Below the pieces are notes generated by a model. It was not told the origin of the DNA and did not search any database. It saw only the letters and a program-made list of their open reading frames with translations. A stretch of DNA of 63,063 nt, counting the filler, from Bigelowiella natans CCMP2755 (taxonomy: Eukaryota > Protista > Cercozoa): the NCBI GenBank assembly GCA_000320545.1. It is 9 parts of 9 records of this genome, joined end to end, with 100 filler letters (N's around TTAATTAATTAA, not from the genome) between each part and the next. Parts side by side here need not be neighbours in the genome. Positions count along the whole stretch, not along the records: positions 59,967 to 63,063 come from ADNK01002547.1; 8 more parts are not named here. One strand, given 5' to 3'. The translations under genes and the position numbers were made by a program. This document shows, in pieces, positions 60,770 to 63,063 of the stretch (position 1 is the stretch's first letter; every line of letters starts with the position of its first letter).

Positions 60770-60993
60770 TTTATTATTTATTTATTTATATTACGAGCCG
60801 CCGAGAAAATAAGATAACCAAGTGAGTGAAGGTTTGAATGCGGTTGCTGCCGTCATCACGAGTGATACTGCGATGGTGCGTCGCCAACCCCCCTTGCAAG
60901 CCCCCCCCCCCCCTCCTCCTTGGTGTGATAATAAATGTGTTTTGTTATAAACAAGAACCCTTGGGATCTGGAGGACTCAATACCGTGGTGATT

Positions 60994-61032
<39 letters not shown>

Positions 61033-61176
61033 GGAAATATGATTAATAGCATTCACGAACTACACGTGTGTGTATATCGTATCTCTTTGCAGTACAAGTA
61101 GCCAACACTGTACATGCTTGCTATAGGCTACATACTTGAATTACAAATAAATAGGTGATGGCTCATGATCACGATA

Positions 61177-61216
<40 letters not shown>

Positions 61217-62448
61217 TATTTACAGCGTTTTTTTCCCCTTCTCAACCGTGTTCTAACTTGCCAACGCTACCCACAGGCCATCGGGGAACTCAAGGCTGCA
61301 ATTTCAGCGGTAGCTCACTAATAATGCAAAACACCAAAGCACAGTAGCAGCGTCGCCATTGTGGCCTCCCTCTCTAACGAGTCGTCGCATATCCGACAAG
61401 CGCTCGATGTGGTGTGCAGAGAAGGCTCAAAGGCCTCTTGTGTCCTGCCTTAAGCCGTTCGCGAGAATCTGGAAGAATCGGCGTTGCGCCAGTTCTAATT
61501 TTATCTCCGGCGAACCCTCATCTTAGCTATTCTGGCTGACCTTGCTCGAAAGCGCGTGCGTGCTTCATAATGCATTTCTTTTTGCTTTTTTGGTTGCGTG
61601 GAAATAATGGTGGGCAGATCGGGGGTAGATACCGCATACCGAGAGAGCAGCTGCGGGCCTACGTTGAGCGAGCTGTAGCAGAGGTACCATCAGTCAGTCC
61701 CAATCGTCGCTTCCTTGCACGCGTCGTTTTGTACAGTTTCGGTTATGCTTGGGTCTCGCTGGTTCTAAGCCTTTCCAGTTTTGTATAAACGAGCACGAGG
61801 CACGCGTGCCGCATGCCCCTGAATAGCACTCATTTCGAGCCGCAGACGCTTCCCTTCCTGCCCTTTCCCCCCCTAACCCCAACCCCCCCTCTCTCTCTCT
61901 CTTTGTTGGTCTATACCAGCTACTGTCAGCGTCCCCGCAAGTTCTTCGGAACGGTGGTCCCGCTGCTCATCACAACGGTCAGTCAGCAAACTGCCAAAAA
62001 GCAAAAGCCGCGACTTGATGCAATTGCGGCGCCCACAGCCTTTGCCCCGTGCGTGTCCTTATCCACCTGGTGAAACCAGCGTCCCTTCCGGGGGCGGTCA
62101 TCTTTTAAACTGTTTATTTCGATCGCGCGTGTCGCCGTCTGTGCGCGAGCATGGGTGGTGAAGGGGCTCGTCCTAACCGAACGTTTCGCGTGTAAATGAA
62201 AACAGCCCTGGCAACAGGCATGGAGAACCTTTTCCCCCCCGCGGCTACCATCCGAAACAACGCGGAGTCACCAGGCCGCACTGTGCAAACAGGGGCGGGG
62301 GGGGGGGGGGGGGGGGTAGCAACATCTGCAGTGGTACTACTGCTACACACACGCGAAACGATAGAGATTTCACATGAGCAAGAACTCACGCCAATGGACA
62401 CCCACACACATATAAATATGAACATATATTATCCCAATACTATATCAG

Positions 62449-62481
<33 letters not shown>

Positions 62482-62518
62482 AATTAACATCTAAATTGTT
62501 TTTTTGAATATTCTCCAG

Positions 62519-62796
62519 CAGCAAGGCCCCCCTCCTTCGTCATCAGGCAGCGGCGGCATTGTCAACCCATTCGAGGTGTGTGCTAAACAACATCCACTCC
62601 AGCGTCTATCTCTCCCGCAACACCGAATTGGGACGCCGAGTGTTGGAGAGGGGGGGGGGGGGGGGGGCAGGTCGCGTGGTGAGTGCGGCTGATGCCCCGT
62701 TAATGTTTACTTCGCTTTACATTTTCGCTCAGGACGCATCGATGCCTTATGAACCGTCGCCGTTTAACCCGGGCGCTCCCAATCCTTTTGCAAATG
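62519..62796 (+). CDS. NPF-motif-containing protein fragment (EH-domain ligand, SCAMP/epsin-like)
   Basis: Exons QQGPPPSSSGSGGIVNPFE|DASMPYEPSPFNPGAPNPFAN. Confidence 0.35.
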
Positions 62797-63004
62797 GTAG
62801 GCCATTCGTCACTGCCACCTGCCGCGTCTATGATGCATGTTCTCCCATGTTCCTCCGTTTCGGTTGTGCGCGCGCTGTCGCGCAACGAGACGGGTTTTCG
62901 TTATGCACGTACGGCTGCTTCTTGCAGCTTGTGTGAGAGCTGTATGATTTACACGATTGGGTTTTTTAAGGCATTGCGCGCCAAAGGATTTTGTGGGAGT
63001 ACAC

Positions 63005-63045
<41 letters not shown>

Positions 63046-63063
63046 TGTGGGGGGGGGGGGGGA

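Larger units (their letters stand above)
471..63042. repeat. Very dense intronic microsatellites: (AT)n, (CA)n, (GA)n, (CAT)n, (TAC)n, poly-G/C
   Basis: Present in most host introns and at many contig ends; essentially absent from virophage coding DNA and the Gypsy ORF. Confidence 0.95.

Noticed and set aside
62070-62300. GC-rich stretch considered as a possible structured ncRNA
   Set aside because: No recognisable tRNA, snRNA or RNase P/MRP signature by eye; an Infernal/Rfam search would be needed.
439-63042. Many ORF-track entries with YIYI, THTH, CVCV, RERE, poly-M or poly-H runs
   Set aside because: Translations of intronic microsatellites, not proteins.

Overview
Eukaryotic nuclear DNA: nine unrelated contigs joined by 100-nt artificial spacers (N-TTAATTAATTAA-N). 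The host is an intron-dense, microsatellite-rich, plastid-bearing protist. A WCRKC thioredoxin with a long bipartite-looking leader suggests a chlorarachniophyte-like alga (inference). Host genes assembled by eye from GT/GC-AG exons: F-BAR protein, shikimate dehydrogenase, MDP-1 phosphatase, TrxL2, RibD-C-like protein, TPR protein, ThiM, LisH/Nopp140-like protein, DOT1-like methyltransferase, SEC63, golgin-84, sulfotransferase-like protein and DHHC palmitoyltransferase. Two accessory elements stand out. (1) An integrated virophage (about 22863-29815, cut by the contig end) directly after the thiM stop. It has a structured terminus, ankyrin gene, rve integrase, an intact ribonucleotide reductase small subunit, small ORFs, major and minor capsid genes, a shared upstream motif and AT-rich hairpins. 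(2) An intact Ty3/Gypsy LTR retrotransposon (50149-55229) with a short-spaced DD(27)E integrase and a C-terminal domain resembling a degenerate DIRS-type adenine methyltransferase. All family calls come from motif recognition; no database searches were run, and exon boundaries are manual.
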